Both the position numbers and the translations under genes were made by a program. The notes below the pieces were generated by a model that was not told where the DNA came from, ran no database searches, and saw only the letters and a program-made list of their open reading frames with translations. 36,446 bases of DNA from a virus (taxonomy: Duplodnaviria; Caudoviricetes): positions 1-36,446 of IMG/VR virus record IMGVR_UViG_3300003886_000037, one strand, 5' to 3'. This document shows, piece by piece, positions 34,778-36,446 of this stretch (position 1 is its first letter; each line of letters opens with the position of its first letter).

Positions 34778-34944
34778 TGGACGAGGATAACGTACTAAAG
34801 GTAGAAGACGTGGAGGACGTGCTCAACTTCCACAAGCGGAAGATGAAGAGTACGGAGGTGGAGCATTTGGCGGGGACGATTAACTACGCGCTGGACAAGT
34901 TCTTTAGTGGATTGGTTGATTCGATGAGGGAGGAAGGATCGTGA
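34774..34944 (+). CDS. Hypothetical protein (~56 aa)
   Basis: GGAG RBS. GTG at 34774 or ATG at 34777. Coupled to both neighbours. Confidence 0.55.
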   Translation: MMDEDNVLKVEDVEDVLNFHKRKMKSTEVEHLAGTINYALDKFFSGLVDSMREEGS

Positions 34945-35948
34945 ACATAGTAATCTACGACTGCGAGATCAAGCGCGGCATACCAGCGCGAGGAGAGGAG
35001 AAGATACCGGGGATTGAGTACTGTAAGGGGTGGGGAGACCACGCGGGGATGGGAGTAAGCGTGACAGGCGTGTACGACTACGACGAGGACAGGTACAGAG
35101 TGTTCTGCGACGACAACGTAGACGAGATGCTGGAGCTGTTCGCGTCGGCAGACTTGCTGGTCGGGTTCAACAGCATCAGGTTCGACGATCGGCTGTTGGT
35201 GGCGACGTACCCAGATTACGCGGACATAACGACCACGCGCTACGACCTGCTAGTGGAGACGTGGCGAGCCGCCGGACTGAAGCCGAGTTGGGGCAGCCCA
35301 AAGACCCACGGAGGATTCGGTCTGGATGCGATGTGCGAGGCTAACTTCGGCGTACGCAAGAGCGGACACGGAGCGATGGCCCCGGTACTGTGGCAGCAGG
35401 GAAAGATAGGCGCGGTGATCGACTACTGCCTGAACGACATACGCATGACGAAGATGCTGCTGGACTGCGCGATGGGTGACTTGGAGGTCATCAACCCGAA
35501 GGATGGAGTCCTGACACTGCGGAACCCGATCGTTACGTTTGAGGAGGCGCAGGACGAGGCAGTGGCTGAGGACGTGGAGGCGGGGAAGGACCCGATGTAC
35601 CGACAGGGAAAGATGAGCAGCAGTCGTCAGGTTGGAGAACTTAACCTCGATGTACTGCAGCACGAACAGGCGAATAAGGTGCTGCCTCCTCTGAACCAGC
35701 CGAGCGATCCGCATCACTGGGACAATCTCGTAGTGGAGATTGAGGACCTAGCCCCGAACGACAGATGGATGGTTGCCGTACATACCGAAGAGGGTCTGCT
35801 GATCAAACGGAATCTGCGCCTGCATGAGTGGTCTTGCGATGAGATGAGCAGTACCCTACTGAACAAGGACGGTCCGGCGCTGGTGAAGTATCTAAGGGAG
35901 CACGAGGCGATGTGCCGTAGAGCAGGGGAAGACGATGGCGACGCTTAG
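34941..35948 (+). CDS. DEDD/RNase H-like 3'-5' exonuclease (RNase_H_2-like) with C-terminal extension (335 aa)
   Basis: ExoI IVIYDCEI, ExoII LVGFNSIRFDD, ExoIII DYCLND. Confidence 0.8.
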   Translation: MNIVIYDCEIKRGIPARGEEKIPGIEYCKGWGDHAGMGVSVTGVYDYDEDRYRVFCDDNVDEMLELFASADLLVGFNSIRFDDRLLVATYPDYADITTTRYDLLVETWRAAGLKPSWGSPKTHGGFGLDAMCEANFGVRKSGHGAMAPVLWQQGKIGAVIDYCLNDIRMTKMLLDCAMGDLEVINPKDGVLTLRNPIVTFEEAQDEAVAEDVEAGKDPMYRQGKMSSSRQVGELNLDVLQHEQANKVLPPLNQPSDPHHWDNLVVEIEDLAPNDRWMVAVHTEEGLLIKRNLRLHEWSCDEMSSTLLNKDGPALVKYLREHEAMCRRAGEDDGDA

Positions 35949-36081
35949 CAGCGCAAGACGAAGTTTCGTGAAGACCCTGAGGGATTGGCCGAGGGGTACG
36001 CGGAAGAGAGGATGGGGATTCCTTCACGATCAGATCTGGTTCCCGGTCAACGTGGAGGAAGCGAATGTGTACATGCGCTAA
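35935..36081 (+). CDS. Small basic hypothetical protein (48 aa)
   Basis: Manual translation: MATLSSARRSFVKTLRDWPRGTRKRGWGFLHDQIWFPVNVEEANVYMR*. Purine-rich RBS and overlaps on both sides. Confidence 0.45.
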   Translation: MATLSSARRSFVKTLRDWPRGTRKRGWGFLHDQIWFPVNVEEANVYMR

Positions 36082-36446
36082 CTTTGACATTAGGAGCGAG
36101 GCTGTGGAGATTGACGGTGTGTGGCATCGTCTATACATGGACCGGAAGATGTTGTGGCATCCGTTCGGCACGTTCCGCATCCACACCTTCTATCAGGGGG
36201 ACGACGACGCGGCAGTCCACGACCATCCGTGGTGGTTTGTCACCTTTCCGTTCCGTAGCTACACGGAGACGGTGCAGACTCCAATGGGAGAAGCGACAAT
36301 GGAGTCTTCAACATATGGTCCAGTGTTTCGAATGAACAGCAGAGTCGTACGGGCTTGGCGGTTCCACTTCCGTCCGGCTCTGCATCGGCACTTTGTACAC
36401 GAACCACTCCGGCCATTTCGGACATTGATCTTTACCGGACGGGTGA
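36065..36446 (+). CDS. Cupin-fold (HDHPW-motif) protein, truncated at the right edge
   Basis: Not in the ORF track. ATG at 36065 with GGAGG RBS: MCTCANFDIRSEAVEIDGVWHRLYMDRKMLWHPFGTFRIHTFYQGDDDAAVHDHPWWFVTFPFRSYTE...FRPALHRHFV...RTLIFTGRV. Confidence 0.7.
   Translation, partial: MCTCANFDIRSEAVEIDGVWHRLYMDRKMLWHPFGTFRIHTFYQGDDDAAVHDHPWWFVTFPFRSYTETVQTPMGEATMESSTYGPVFRMNSRVVRAWRFHFRPALHRHFVHEPLRPFRTLIFTGRV

Noticed and set aside
1-36446. Alternative genetic code or stop-codon reassignment
   Set aside because: Core genes are full length in the standard code, and TAA, TAG and TGA all serve as stops at tight gene junctions.
1-36446. Prophage status (integrase, att sites, host genes)
   Set aside because: No integrase, repressor-like HTH/S24 protein or host flanking genes were recognised, so lifestyle cannot be determined from this window.

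Overview
A ~36 kb piece of a tailed dsDNA bacteriophage genome with P22-like podovirus architecture, truncated at both ends. The host is probably Gram-negative, given the lipoprotein-containing lysis cassette. Positions 1-29.7 kb are a leftward late module. In transcription order it carries small terminase, an accessory island (secreted FN3-like protein, a frameshift-broken secreted protein, Gp49-family and RyR-domain proteins), large terminase, a VIP2-like ADP-ribosyltransferase, portal, GroES, scaffold, major capsid, decoration and tail proteins, lysis genes, tail tube/fibre genes and ejection proteins. Positions 30.2-36.4 kb are a rightward early module with a primase-helicase, a DEDD exonuclease, a cupin and many small ORFs. 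A repeat-rich, origin-like intergenic region separates the two modules. The most notable observations are: (i) a short hydrophobic-x-x-GG-x-V peptide motif recurring in three unrelated late proteins, including the C-terminus of the ADP-ribosyltransferase, suggesting a capsid-cargo tag or processing signal; (ii) one gene interrupted by two different tandem duplications of exactly 19 bp, whose removal restores a clean 208-aa secreted protein; (iii) a candidate anti-defence island between terS and terL. I saw no tRNA, rRNA, CRISPR array or integrase. All family calls come from motif recognition by eye, not from database searches.
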